Of a stretch of DNA of 64,000 nt, positions 1 to 10,337 are shown in pieces. Both the position numbers and the translations under genes were made by a program. The DNA is taken from the NCBI GenBank assembly GCA_964387275.1, contig CAYLVW010000001.1, positions 150,619 through 214,618 of the forward strand, read 5' to 3'. This DNA comes from an uncultured Candidatus Saccharibacteria bacterium (GTDB lineage: Bacteria; Patescibacteriota; WWE3; UBA101185; UBA10185). Every line of letters begins with the position of its first letter. Position 1 is the first letter of the stretch. Below the pieces are notes generated by a model. That model did not search any database. It had not been told where the DNA came from and was given only the letters and a program-made list of their open reading frames with translations.

Positions 1-1
1 T

Positions 2-586
2 GCCTATACTATAGAGGTTCCTTCGAATGCAGAACCTGGTGGACATTTTGGATCTGTGATATTTAGAACAACTGCTGTTAGCAATAACAACACTACTGGT
101 ACATCCGTTGCCCAGGAGGTTGGTTCCTTGCTACTTGTTAAAGTTTCTGGTGATGTTAGAGAGAAATTAAAATTTGATTCATTTGTTGCTAAACAGAGTT
201 TTTATGAATATGGACCAGTCGATTTGGAGCTAAAGTTTACAAATACTGGTAACGTTCATGTAAAACCTACAGGGAGTGTAATTATTACAGATATATTCGG
301 CAATAAAGTAACAACAATTGATGTTGAAACAAAAAATGTTCTTCCCGGAGCTTCGAGAAGGATGGAAGCCGTCTGGAAATCAAAGCTCTTACTTGGAAAA
401 TATACTGCGGTTGCCACCTTAAATTATGGTGCTGACAAAGAATTGTTGACTTCTTCCACTAGTTTTACAGTAGTACCCTATAAACTTGTGACTGGTGTTG
501 TTGTGGTAGGATCACTTGCTCTTTATATAATTTTTAAAATGCGAAAAAGATTAGGTAAAGCGCTAAAAGTTCTATTTGGTAAATGA
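2..586 (+). CDS. Cell-surface protein, 5'-truncated at the window edge. Predicted beta-rich ectodomain with a C-terminal TM anchor and a basic tail (KMRKRLGK).
   Basis: The frame is open from position 2 with no upstream stop. The C-terminus is hydrophobic (VTGVVVVGSLALYIIF) followed by a KR-rich tail. No enzymatic motifs seen. Confidence 0.5.
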   Translation, partial: AYTIEVPSNAEPGGHFGSVIFRTTAVSNNNTTGTSVAQEVGSLLLVKVSGDVREKLKFDSFVAKQSFYEYGPVDLELKFTNTGNVHVKPTGSVIITDIFGNKVTTIDVETKNVLPGASRRMEAVWKSKLLLGKYTAVATLNYGADKELLTSSTSFTVVPYKLVTGVVVVGSLALYIIFKMRKRLGKALKVLFGK

Positions 587-1473
587 TAAACAAATACCTG
601 TCCGTTTGTGTTCTACTACTTATCTCATTTATTTTTACTGGGGTTGTTGTAGGCCAGACAAACATCTCAGTTTCGATGCAAATTGGGGAGCCCTATGGTT
701 CTCTTATAGTTGAGGGCCAAGCACCACCTCTATCCACTGTAACTATATTAATAGATAGCAACATAGTTGGAACAGTAATGTCTGATATAGATGGGAATTT
801 TTCAAAGGAGGTCACTTCGTTGGAGCCTGACATCATAGATGTAAGTTTGTACTATCAGACTCCAAACGGTGAAATTTCCCCTACCATTCATCAGCAGTTA
901 GCCATTATATCCGGCACTCAGATCCGTTTGTATAATTTAGTTTTACCTCCAACAATTAATGCTAAGTATTTGAAGGATACCAAAACAATATATGTTTATG
1001 GCTATGCAGTTAGAGGATCTACTGTCGTCGTTTTTACAGACAAATTAGCAGACTCTTTTCAATCTATCGCAAGTGATACTGGAAAATGGAGTGTTAGTTT
1101 TGATGTTTCTTCAAAAAAACTTTCAAAGCTAAAGGTTTATGCCAGGTCAACCGATAGCTCTGGAAAACAGAGTAAGCAAAGTCAAACCATTACTGTAACA
1201 GTTAAAAATGACTATATCTCAGAAATAGTTGATAGCATTCCAAACAATCTTATTAGAGATGTGGTTGAAAGATTTTTCAATCCTTTATCTGTGCTATATT
1301 CCGAGTTTGATCTTAACAAAGATGGTGTTATTACTAAAGATGAGGCATTTAATGTGGTTAAGACTTGGACAGGTTCCTGGAGAGGGAGTGATGGGTCCTG
1401 TGATCTTAATAACGATACTAAATGTAATATAGTAGATTTTTCAATTATGCTTTTTTATATCGATAGGAGATAA
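583..1473 (+). CDS. Secreted protein with an N-terminal signal peptide, Ig-like/beta-sandwich repeats and a C-terminal dockerin-like domain with two Ca-binding loops.
   Basis: Signal peptide MINKYLSVCVLLLISFIFTGVVVGQT. C-terminal DLNKDGVITKDE ... DLNNDTKCNIVD fits the dockerin D-x-N-x-D-G..D/E pattern twice, about 30 residues apart. Overlaps the upstream gene in an ATGA junction. Confidence 0.6.
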   Translation: MINKYLSVCVLLLISFIFTGVVVGQTNISVSMQIGEPYGSLIVEGQAPPLSTVTILIDSNIVGTVMSDIDGNFSKEVTSLEPDIIDVSLYYQTPNGEISPTIHQQLAIISGTQIRLYNLVLPPTINAKYLKDTKTIYVYGYAVRGSTVVVFTDKLADSFQSIASDTGKWSVSFDVSSKKLSKLKVYARSTDSSGKQSKQSQTITVTVKNDYISEIVDSIPNNLIRDVVERFFNPLSVLYSEFDLNKDGVITKDEAFNVVKTWTGSWRGSDGSCDLNNDTKCNIVDFSIMLFYIDRR

Positions 1474-1523
1474 GTTTTAGCTGTGTGATGGATTTTACTC
1501 ACAAAGCGTAATATCATATTTGT

Positions 1524-2603
1524 ATGGGACTGCCGGGAATTTTTATAGTATTTAAATTATTATCGTTTGTTTTTGCATCATGGGTTTTAATTCATGTATT
1601 TGCACTATTTGGTATTTTTGCGGCAATTACTTACACTTTTTGGTGGTATGTTGCTCCTAAACAAACCGTATGTTTTTTCTGTAAAGTAAAAAAAGAAGGT
1701 GAGCATTGTCCTGTTTGCCACACTTCCATTAAGAAATCGGAAGGAGATCACCCAAAGTCTTTTTTTTCTGCTATTGCCAATTCAATACTGTTGCTAATCT
1801 TTTCAGTTATTTCTGTAGGGATAGTTTTTGGTGAAAGCAGATTACTTTATATGCTGGGTTTTCCCGCCACACAAAAAACCGTAACTTTTTCTATTCCCAG
1901 TAAGGGTCAGTTTGAGGTTGGGGAGATTTTTCCATTTAAAGTTGAGATTGCTGGAATTCAAACTCCTATAAATACTGTCCAGGCCGATATAGGATTTGAT
2001 CCTACCATGCTAGAGTTAATTGATATATCAACAAAAGAATCGTTTGCAACGATTTTTGTTCAAAAGGATATAGATAACAAAGTTGGGTATGTGCGTCTGA
2101 CAGGGGGGCTTCCAAATCCAGGTTATGCCGAAAAGACTGGGGCTTTTACTACACTTTATTTTAGAGGTAAGAAGCCGGGGACCGTGGAAATTAAATTTTT
2201 ACCCACTACTTTAGTGCTTGCAAATGATGGTAGAGGTACAAACGTAGTAAGAGATTTAGCATCAACCTCTTTTTTGATACTTCCAGAAAAGATAGAGACT
2301 CTTAATAAACCTGAGACAACTGTACACGAGGAAACTCTAGATCTAGCCCCTACTATATTACCTGAGGATGGCTCTGTGCCTGACACTGGTGTTCTTGGTG
2401 CTCAATCTGATGATACGAGATGGTATTTTTACGAGGAGAAAGCTGAGGTTCTTGGTGAGAGCTCCAGTTCCACTCAAAATCAAAGGAATGATCAGTTTTC
2501 ATTGAGTAATATAAACTTTGCAAATGCAATTGCTGGGTACATTTTTTGGGTAGATACTTTGATAATGAGATTTTGGAGTGCTTTAATTGGTTTTATAGCC
2601 TAA
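1524..2603 (+). CDS. Membrane protein with an N-terminal TM, a CxxC..CxxC zinc ribbon, a second TM, an extracytoplasmic cohesin-like beta-sandwich domain and a C-terminal hydrophobic segment.
   Basis: CFFCKVKKEGEHCPVCH ribbon. The region TVTFSIPSKGQFEVGEIFPFKVEIAG...FDPTMLELIDIS...VGYVRLTGG...GTVEIKF resembles the cohesin domain pattern (type-specific set, a-fD-p-vLev-v pattern). Confidence 0.5.
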   Translation: MGLPGIFIVFKLLSFVFASWVLIHVFALFGIFAAITYTFWWYVAPKQTVCFFCKVKKEGEHCPVCHTSIKKSEGDHPKSFFSAIANSILLLIFSVISVGIVFGESRLLYMLGFPATQKTVTFSIPSKGQFEVGEIFPFKVEIAGIQTPINTVQADIGFDPTMLELIDISTKESFATIFVQKDIDNKVGYVRLTGGLPNPGYAEKTGAFTTLYFRGKKPGTVEIKFLPTTLVLANDGRGTNVVRDLASTSFLILPEKIETLNKPETTVHEETLDLAPTILPEDGSVPDTGVLGAQSDDTRWYFYEEKAEVLGESSSSTQNQRNDQFSLSNINFANAIAGYIFWVDTLIMRFWSALIGFIA

Positions 2604-2703
2604 ATTACTATTTTAAAGGGCAGAAAGGGGCTCAAACTATAAGTTATAGGAGGTATTTAGAAGGATTAGTTTCTGTATTGACGTTTAGGGAATCTAAATA
2701 CCC

Positions 2704-2732
2704 TTGACAACACTATATAGGATTTGTTAAAT
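2704..2732 (+). promoter_or_regulatory. Candidate sigma70-type promoter upstream of rpoB: TTGACA, 17 bp spacer, TTAAAT.
   Basis: TTGACA at 2704-2709 and TTAAAT at 2727-2732 with an exact 17-bp spacer, inside the 342-bp intergenic region preceding rpoB. Confidence 0.35.
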
Positions 2733-2945
2733 TATTCCCTGTCACAAAAGTGGGGGTTTTTGTACCCAAAAACACAACCATTTTTTGAGCTTATAAAGAA
2801 ATTTCCAAGAATATTAATTTGTCTTTTTTCTTGATTCTATGCGAGAAAAAGGAAGGCGGGATTAGGTTAATTACCAGTCCAGGCAAATGAGATAACTCGT
2901 AAAGGTGACAGGCCCCCTTTGCAGAAATCTTAAGAAAAATAATTA

Positions 2946-5900
2946 ATGCGACATAGTTTTTCAAAAAGAAAAGTAGTATTGCCTTTACCAAATTTATCAA
3001 GTGTTCAATTAAATTCTTATGATTGGTTACTTAGTCAAGGTTTAAATGAAATTCTTGAGGAGCTCGGAAACATTGAGGACTATTCCGGAAGAGGGTGGCT
3101 CGTTAAACTATCAAGCCCTCAAATAGATAAACCAAACTTAACAATTTCTCAAGCATTACACACCGGAAGAACATATGATGCTCCGTGGTACTTAGATGCA
3201 GTTATAGAAGATCCCCTTAAAAAGAAGAATAAAAAGCAACAAATATACATGGGAGACATTCCTTTAATGACACCTCAAGGTACTTTTATAGTAAATGGTG
3301 TGGAAAGAGTTATTGTAAATCAGCTAAGAAGATCCGAGGGTGTTATTTTCTCAGGTGAAAGATCACCAATTACTGGAGAATTACTAGCAGGTGCTAAGGT
3401 ACTTCCAAAAAACGGTGTCTGGTTAGAAATAGAGACTGCAAGAAGTGGAGTTATTAGCGTTAAAATAGACAGAAAGAGAAAAATTACTGTAACTACTTTG
3501 CTTAGAGTATTTGGACTTTCAACAGATGACGATATAAGAGAGGCTTTTAAATCTGTCGAAACAAACCCTGAATTGAACTACATAGAGTCTACTTTAGCAA
3601 GGGATCCTGCGTCTAACTTTGATGAGGCATGTATTGAGATATATCGAAAAATGCGACCAGGTGAGCCTCTAGTTTTAGAGAACGCCAGAGCTTTAGTTGA
3701 ATCTATGTTTTTTAACAAGAGAAGGTATTCTCTTGGGGAAGTTGGTAGATTTAAATTAAATCAGACACTTGGCATAAAGATTGTAAACGATGCAAATCAT
3801 AGACTATTACAGCAAGAGGATTTAGTAAAAATTATCTCCAGAGTTATTGATATTAATAATGGCACAGGTAAGGTAAGTGAGGTAGATCATCTAGGAAACA
3901 GAAGAGTTATAGGAGTAGGAGAGCTTCTTCAAAACCAGGTAAGAGTGGGGTTTTTGAGAATGGAAAAAAATATTAAAGAGAAGATGAGCTTGATGCCTAG
4001 AGAAGACTTGCCAGAACCATCACTTTTGATTTCTCCAAGGGCTGTTGCTGCAAATATCCATAGTTTTTTCGCAACAGGTCAATTATCCCAGTTCCAAGAT
4101 CAGCAGAACCCACTAACTTCCTTAACCCACTTAAGAAGATTGTCTGTAATGGGTCCTGGAGGTCTTACCAAGGAAAGAGCTAGCATGGCAGTTAGAGACG
4201 TACACTATTCTTCTTTTGGTAGAATTTGTCCGGTAAGAACACCGGAGGGCCCAAGTATCGGTCTTATAAACTACTTAGCTATGTACGCTCAGGTAAACAA
4301 GTATGGGTTTTTAGAAACCCCCTACCTTAAGCTTGAGAAAATAGATGGTAAGGTACGAGTAACCGATGAGGTAGTTTATCTTGCTGCATACGACGAAGAG
4401 GATCATTTTATTACAGACGCTTCAGTAAAAACAGATGAAAAGGGATTTATACTTGATCAACAAGTACCTCTTAGAAAGGGTGACATTTTTATTTTGGGCG
4501 ATGTTAATCAAGCTTCCTACATGGAGGTTGTTCCAAGACAGATTATAGGTATTGATGCAGGTCTTATTCCGTTCCTTGCAAATGATGAAGTTTCTAGAGC
4601 ATTGATGGGTACTCAGCAGATGTCACAGTCTGTACCTTTAGTAAAGCCTGAAGCTCCTTTGGTTGGAACTGGTATTGAAGCTGCTATTGCAGAAAATTCT
4701 CATGCTGTCACTCTTGCTGAGGCAGATGGTGAGGTAGTTTTTGCTGATGCTGCTAAAGTTATAGTTAAATATAACGGAGAAAAGATTAACAGGGAATATT
4801 ACCCAACAAAATTCCAGAAATCTAATTTGTACACTTGTTACAATCAGGTAGTTAAAGTTATAACAGGCCAAAAAGTAAAAAAGGGTGTTCCATTATTTGA
4901 GGGACCTGCAGTACAAAATGGTGAGTTAGCAATTGGTACAAATGTAAAAGTTGCCTACATGATTATGGAAGGTTATGAATTTGAAGACGGTATTATTCTG
5001 TCAGATAGACTAGTAAAGGAAGATATTCTTACTTCAATACACGTAACAGACCACACAATATCTGTACTTGAAACAAAGCTTGGGCCTGAGGAAATTACAA
5101 GAGATATTCCTAATGTTTCCGAGGAAGCTTTAAGAAATCTTGACGAGGATGGTATTGTTGCTATCGGTTCCAAAGTAAAGTCTGGTGATATTTTAGTAGG
5201 AAAGGTAGCTCCTAAAGGCGAGGTAGATTTGTCTGCAGAAGAAAGGCTTTTAAGAGCCATATTTGGTGAGAAGGCTAAAGATGTTAGGGACAATTCCCTT
5301 GTTATGCCTCATGGTGAGCACGGTGTTGTTATAAATGTTAAAAGAGTTACTAAGAAAGACAACGAGCAATTACCTGCAGGAACTTTGGAAGAAATTACTG
5401 TTTATGTTGCTCAACAGAAGAAGATTGAAATTGGTGATAAGTTAGCAGGTAGGCATGGTAATAAGGGTGTTATTTCTGCAATTGTACCTACAGTGGATAT
5501 GCCACATACTGAGCAGGGCGAGACAATAGACATTGTTTTCTCCTCAGAAGCAGTCTTAAAAAGAATGAATGTTGGTCAAATTTTAGAAGCTCCCCTAGGA
5601 ACAGCAGGTAGAATTCTTGGTAAAACTTACGAAATTCCCTCTCTGGAGCAATTCCCCTATTCTGATATAGATAATGAGCTTATGGAAGCTGGCATACCTG
5701 TGAGCGGTAAGGTAAAGCTTATAGACGGTAGAACCGGTGCTTATTTCCATGAAGAAGTTGTTGTAGGTGATACATATATACTAAAGCTTATTCACATGTC
5801 AGAGGATAAGATGCACGCAAGATCCACAGGCCCTTATTCTTTAATTACTCAACAACCATTGGGTGGTAAAGCTCAGATGGGTGGTCAAAGATTCGGAGAA

Positions 5901-6215
5901 ATGGAAGTTTGGGCATTAGAAGCTTACGGAGCATCACATGTACTTAGAGAGATGTTAACAATTAAGTCAGACGATCTAATAGGTAGAACCCAGTCTTATA
6001 GTTCAATGATTAAGGGTACTCCTATCCCAGAATCTACAGTTCCAGAAACCTTTAAACTGTTGGTTAGAAAACTCAATGGTTTAGGTTTAGGTATTGAGCC
6101 AATAATGTCTGAAGAACCAGTTGATGAATCTGCAAACACAGACGGAGAAAATCCATCCGAGGAAACCCCTAAAGTGGAAGAAAAATTAGTTTATGAAGGG
6201 GAGGAAACCTTATGA
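2946..6215 (+). CDS. rpoB: DNA-directed RNA polymerase beta subunit (1089 aa).
   Basis: N-terminus aligns to the RpoB motif SVQLNSYDWLL (E. coli LSIQLDSFQKF). Conserved GDKLAGRHGNKGVIS and MGGQRFGEMEVWALEAYGA segments. 4-nt overlap with rpoC. Confidence 0.97.
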   Translation: MRHSFSKRKVVLPLPNLSSVQLNSYDWLLSQGLNEILEELGNIEDYSGRGWLVKLSSPQIDKPNLTISQALHTGRTYDAPWYLDAVIEDPLKKKNKKQQIYMGDIPLMTPQGTFIVNGVERVIVNQLRRSEGVIFSGERSPITGELLAGAKVLPKNGVWLEIETARSGVISVKIDRKRKITVTTLLRVFGLSTDDDIREAFKSVETNPELNYIESTLARDPASNFDEACIEIYRKMRPGEPLVLENARALVESMFFNKRRYSLGEVGRFKLNQTLGIKIVNDANHRLLQQEDLVKIISRVIDINNGTGKVSEVDHLGNRRVIGVGELLQNQVRVGFLRMEKNIKEKMSLMPREDLPEPSLLISPRAVAANIHSFFATGQLSQFQDQQNPLTSLTHLRRLSVMGPGGLTKERASMAVRDVHYSSFGRICPVRTPEGPSIGLINYLAMYAQVNKYGFLETPYLKLEKIDGKVRVTDEVVYLAAYDEEDHFITDASVKTDEKGFILDQQVPLRKGDIFILGDVNQASYMEVVPRQIIGIDAGLIPFLANDEVSRALMGTQQMSQSVPLVKPEAPLVGTGIEAAIAENSHAVTLAEADGEVVFADAAKVIVKYNGEKINREYYPTKFQKSNLYTCYNQVVKVITGQKVKKGVPLFEGPAVQNGELAIGTNVKVAYMIMEGYEFEDGIILSDRLVKEDILTSIHVTDHTISVLETKLGPEEITRDIPNVSEEALRNLDEDGIVAIGSKVKSGDILVGKVAPKGEVDLSAEERLLRAIFGEKAKDVRDNSLVMPHGEHGVVINVKRVTKKDNEQLPAGTLEEITVYVAQQKKIEIGDKLAGRHGNKGVISAIVPTVDMPHTEQGETIDIVFSSEAVLKRMNVGQILEAPLGTAGRILGKTYEIPSLEQFPYSDIDNELMEAGIPVSGKVKLIDGRTGAYFHEEVVVGDTYILKLIHMSEDKMHARSTGPYSLITQQPLGGKAQMGGQRFGEMEVWALEAYGASHVLREMLTIKSDDLIGRTQSYSSMIKGTPIPESTVPETFKLLVRKLNGLGLGIEPIMSEEPVDESANTDGENPSEETPKVEEKLVYEGEETL

Positions 6216-9200
6216 AAGACTTAAACATATTCAGAAACTTTGACGCAATAAAGATATATCTATCTTCAAATGAAGAGATACTAACTTGGTCTCATGGTGA
6301 GGTCACCAAACCAGAAACAATAAACTACAGAACTTTTAGACCTGAAAGAGAAGGGCTATTCGATGAGAGGATTTTTGGACCCGCAAAAAACTACGAGTGT
6401 CACTGTGGTAAGTACAAGGGTATTAGATACAAAGGTGTTATTTGTGATAAGTGTGGTGTTGAGGTTACACATTCTAAAGTAAGAAGAGAAAGAATGGGTC
6501 ATATAACATTAGCAACACCTGTTGCACATGTTTGGTTTTTTAGAGGTATGCCTTCTAAGATGGCTTTGCTTCTTGATATGTCCCCAAGAAATGTAGAATC
6601 TGTAATCTACTTCTCATCATTTATTGTTACTGAGATTGATGGTACCAAGAAGGTAAACGCAATCGCCAAGATCGAAAAGGACTTAGAGAAGGAAAAGTCT
6701 CGAATAAATAGAGACTATGATATAGCTCAAAAAAATCTTGAAAAAGAGTTAGGCCACAAAGTATCTGAGAAAGACGATTTAGATTCCAGTGAATCTTCCC
6801 GAAAGTTCAGGGAAAAAGTTCAAACACTTAAAGTCTCATTTGATAAGAAATTTGAAGAAGCCGAAAGAAACTTCAAGATAATGCAAAAGAAAATTGAAGG
6901 GGTTGAGATGCACAGTATCTTAAGTGATACAGAGCAATTAGCACTTTCTGATTATCTAGATGAATTTTGTAAGGTAGAGATAGGTGCCGAGGCGCTTCAG
7001 GGTATTCTTGGGGCTTTAGATCTTAATGCTTTGGCTTCTGATCTAAGAGATGAGCTTAATGAGTCAAGAGGGCAGAAAGCTGCAAAAATTGCAAAAAGAC
7101 TTAGAGTCATAGAGCAGTTTAGAAGATCTGGCATATCTCCTGATAGGATGATATTTGGTGTAATACCTGTTATACCTCCTGATTTAAGGCCCTTAGTTCA
7201 ATTAGAGGGTGGTAGATTCGCTTCCTCAGATCTTAATGAACTCTATAGGAGACTAATAAATAGGAATAATAGATTGAATAGATTGCTGGATTTAGGTGCT
7301 CCTGAAATTATTATTAGGAACGAAAAAAGAATGCTTCAGGAAGCAGTTGATGCTCTGTTTGATTCTTCAAAACAAAGACAGAAGTTACGAAATACTAAGG
7401 GTAAGAAAGAACTAAGATCCCTCGCAGACATGCTAAAGGGGAAGCAGGGTATATTTAGGCTTAATTTACTTGGTAAAAGAGTAGACTACTCTGGTAGAGG
7501 CGTTATCATTAACGGACCTGAGCTTAAAATTAACGAATGTGGTTTACCAAAAGAGATGGCTTTAGAGCTATTTAAACCTTTCGTGTTAAGGGAAGTTTTA
7601 TCCAGAGGCTTTGCACCAAATATTAAAAGTGCAAAGACAGTACTTGATGCCAGAGGTGCTGAAATTTGGGATATTTTAGAAGAAGTGGTGAAAGATCACC
7701 CAGTACTTCTTAACAGAGCTCCAACTCTTTGGAGGCTTGGTATACAGGCATTTTATCCAAAACTTATTGAGGGTAACGCAATTAGACTACACCTTTGCGT
7801 GTGTTCTGGGTTTAACGCTGACTTTGATGGTGACCAGATGGCAGTTCACGTACCACTTTCTGAGAAAGCTATAGATGAGGCTCGAAATATCATAATTTCA
7901 ACAAACAACCTATTAAACCCATCTGATGGTTCTCCAATGTCAGTACCCAACAAGATTATGTTGTTTGGTATCTTCTACATTACTTCTATTGATGAGAAGT
8001 TTGAAGCTTACCCACGACCTATTTCCAGTAAGGAAGAACTAACTCACTTATTGGAGGTCAGTAAGAGACTAAAGTTAAGACAAAGAATAAAGTATAACTT
8101 GGATGGAGAGTTAGTAGATACCACAGCCGGTAGAGTTGTATTTAATGAGATTATCCCTACGTCATTTGGATTTGTTAATGATGAGATGACAAAAAAGAAG
8201 ATCAACGCTTTGATTGCACGCGCATTTGAAAGGGAAGACCATTCAGTAATTGTGAAGCTTATTGATGACTTAAAAGATATTGGGTTAAAGTATGGAACTA
8301 TTTCTGGTCAGTCAGTATCTTTACATGATGTAAAGATCCCAGAATCCAGAGTTGGATTAATAGAAGAAGGTAGAAAAGCAGTACTAGAGATCGATAAGAA
8401 CTTTAGACGAGGTTTAATCACAAAAAATGAATCTCAAAGACTTACAGAGGATGCATGGAACACTATAACTTCTAAGATTGATGATGAAGTATGGAATAAT
8501 CTAGAAGCCGACAACCCAGTTAAAGTACTAGTTAGGTCAGGTGCTACAAGAGCTTCAAGAGATCAAGTTAAACAAATAGCAGGTATTAAGGGTTTGATTA
8601 CAGATCCTACAGGTAAGACCGTACCTTTACCTATTTTAGGTAACTTTAAGCTTGGTTTATCCGGTCTTGAATACTTCGTCGGTGCTAGAGGTGCTAGAAA
8701 AGGTTTGGTAGATAAAGGTTTGAAGACCGCAGATGCAGGTTATTTAACAAGAAGACTTGTTGATGTTGCTCAAGATGTAATTGTAAGAGAAGAGGATTGT
8801 GAGACTGAACATGGCAGATTATTTACCGTCGGAGAATCTACAGTACTACATTCTTTTGCAGATAGAGTTGTAGGAAGATACTTAGCGACTGATATAAAAG
8901 ATGGTAACAAGATCATCTTAAGGAAAGGTACTCTTCTTGACAGAGATAATGTAAAACAACTTGAAGACGCCGGTGTTAAATCTTTCTATGTACGATCTCC
9001 TTTGGCTTGTGAGACAAGACGAGGTGTTTGTATGAAGTGTTATGGAATGGACTTAGTAACTAAAAAAGATGTAAGGATTGGTTCTGCTGTTGGTGTTGCT
9101 GCAGCTCAGTCTATTGGTGAGCCGGGTACACAGCTTACAATGAGAACCTTCCACACCGGAGGTATTGTTGGTAAAGATATTACTCAAGGTCTTCCAAGGG

Positions 9201-9886
9201 TTGAAGAGTTAGTAGAAGCCAGAGCACCTAAGTTTTTGTCTATTATGAGTGAAACAACAGGTAAGGTTAAGATCTACAAGAACGGTGATGAAAGAAGAGT
9301 TATTGTAACTGCAGTAGACAAATCTGAGGAAAATCAGATTATGGAATACATGGTAGACCCTGTGTCCGAAATAATTGTTGAGGAGGGTCAGTTAGTTGCT
9401 AAAGGTGAGAAGTTAACATCAGGTAACTTGGATCTTACTGATTTACTAAGAACAGTAGGTCCTGAAGAAACCAAGAAGTATATTATCTCTGAAATACAGA
9501 AAGTATATACATCTCAGGGTGTGTCTTTAAACGACAAGCACATTGAGATAATTGTAAGACAGATGTTTAACAACGTAAAAATTGAAGAACCTGGTGATAC
9601 CAATCTAATGATAGGTGAGGTTGTAACTAAGGCTTCATTTGTTGAAGAAAACGAGAAAGTATTAGCTTCGGGTGGTACTCCTGCTACTGCAAAAATGACT
9701 TTGCTTGGTATAACCAAGGCATCATTGAACACCGACTCTTTCTTGTCTGCAGCATCGTTTATTCAGACAAGTAGTGTATTGACCGATGCAGCAGCCTCTG
9801 GTAAAGTTGACAAGCTGTTGGGGCTTAAGGAAAACGTGATTATTGGAAGACTTATTCCAACAGGAGATGACGCAAGGTTAGGGTAA
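6212..9886 (+). CDS. rpoC: DNA-directed RNA polymerase beta' subunit (1224 aa).
   Basis: Zn-binding CHCGKYKG..CDKCGVEV, catalytic NADFDGDQMAVHVPLS, and trigger-loop/bridge-helix regions. Confidence 0.97.
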   Translation: MKDLNIFRNFDAIKIYLSSNEEILTWSHGEVTKPETINYRTFRPEREGLFDERIFGPAKNYECHCGKYKGIRYKGVICDKCGVEVTHSKVRRERMGHITLATPVAHVWFFRGMPSKMALLLDMSPRNVESVIYFSSFIVTEIDGTKKVNAIAKIEKDLEKEKSRINRDYDIAQKNLEKELGHKVSEKDDLDSSESSRKFREKVQTLKVSFDKKFEEAERNFKIMQKKIEGVEMHSILSDTEQLALSDYLDEFCKVEIGAEALQGILGALDLNALASDLRDELNESRGQKAAKIAKRLRVIEQFRRSGISPDRMIFGVIPVIPPDLRPLVQLEGGRFASSDLNELYRRLINRNNRLNRLLDLGAPEIIIRNEKRMLQEAVDALFDSSKQRQKLRNTKGKKELRSLADMLKGKQGIFRLNLLGKRVDYSGRGVIINGPELKINECGLPKEMALELFKPFVLREVLSRGFAPNIKSAKTVLDARGAEIWDILEEVVKDHPVLLNRAPTLWRLGIQAFYPKLIEGNAIRLHLCVCSGFNADFDGDQMAVHVPLSEKAIDEARNIIISTNNLLNPSDGSPMSVPNKIMLFGIFYITSIDEKFEAYPRPISSKEELTHLLEVSKRLKLRQRIKYNLDGELVDTTAGRVVFNEIIPTSFGFVNDEMTKKKINALIARAFEREDHSVIVKLIDDLKDIGLKYGTISGQSVSLHDVKIPESRVGLIEEGRKAVLEIDKNFRRGLITKNESQRLTEDAWNTITSKIDDEVWNNLEADNPVKVLVRSGATRASRDQVKQIAGIKGLITDPTGKTVPLPILGNFKLGLSGLEYFVGARGARKGLVDKGLKTADAGYLTRRLVDVAQDVIVREEDCETEHGRLFTVGESTVLHSFADRVVGRYLATDIKDGNKIILRKGTLLDRDNVKQLEDAGVKSFYVRSPLACETRRGVCMKCYGMDLVTKKDVRIGSAVGVAAAQSIGEPGTQLTMRTFHTGGIVGKDITQGLPRVEELVEARAPKFLSIMSETTGKVKIYKNGDERRVIVTAVDKSEENQIMEYMVDPVSEIIVEEGQLVAKGEKLTSGNLDLTDLLRTVGPEETKKYIISEIQKVYTSQGVSLNDKHIEIIVRQMFNNVKIEEPGDTNLMIGEVVTKASFVEENEKVLASGGTPATAKMTLLGITKASLNTDSFLSAASFIQTSSVLTDAAASGKVDKLLGLKENVIIGRLIPTGDDARLG

Positions 9887-9904
9887 TTTTGCGAAACAAT
9901 TTTT

Positions 9905-10324
9905 ATGCCAACTATTAATCAATTATTAAGAGCCGGAAGGCACGACAAGAAAGCAAAAGTTAAGACTAAAGCACTTACTGATATATGGAACTCCAAAAAA
10001 AGAGTTAACAAAGTAAGTCCGGGGCCTTTTAGAAAGGGAGTTTGCTTGCAGGTAAAAACTCAAACACCTAAAAAACCAAACTCTGCTTTAAGAAAGGTTG
10101 CCAGAGTTAGGCTTTCTAATAAAAGAGAGGTAACTGCTTACATACCTGGAGAAGGTCATACCTTGCAGGAACACTCTGTTGTTTTAGTAAGAGGTGGTAG
10201 AGTTAAAGACTTACCAGGTATCAAGTACACTATAGTAAGAGGTAAATTTGATTTGCAGGGTATTGAGAAGCGAAGAACTTCTAGATCCATTTATGGAACT
10301 AAACGACCTGCTAAGAAGAAATAA
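9905..10324 (+). CDS. rpsL: 30S ribosomal protein S12.
   Basis: [16 protein letters not shown]...[11 protein letters not shown] are hallmark S12 motifs. Confidence 0.97.
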   Translation: MPTINQLLRAGRHDKKAKVKTKALTDIWNSKKRVNKVSPGPFRKGVCLQVKTQTPKKPNSALRKVARVRLSNKREVTAYIPGEGHTLQEHSVVLVRGGRVKDLPGIKYTIVRGKFDLQGIEKRRTSRSIYGTKRPAKKK

Positions 10325-10337
10325 TTAGGAGAAATTT

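Noticed and set aside
1229-1432. 67-aa + strand ORF in an alternate frame
   Set aside because: Nested inside the dockerin-containing gene, whose C-terminal dockerin motifs define the true frame.
2680-2690. Second TTGACG hexamer upstream of the rpoB promoter candidate
   Set aside because: No suitably spaced -10 element. The TTGACA-17-TTAAAT pair at 2704-2732 is the better candidate.
2741-2775. GTTTTTG-tacc-CAAAAAC stem-loop in the rpoB leader
   Set aside because: AT-only 7-bp stem, which is thermodynamically weak and common by chance in AT-rich DNA.
4973-5293. 106-aa minus-strand ORF inside rpoB, and the similar 4638..4871 ORF
   Set aside because: Antisense to a highly conserved rpoB region. 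Ser/Leu-rich reverse-frame artefact.
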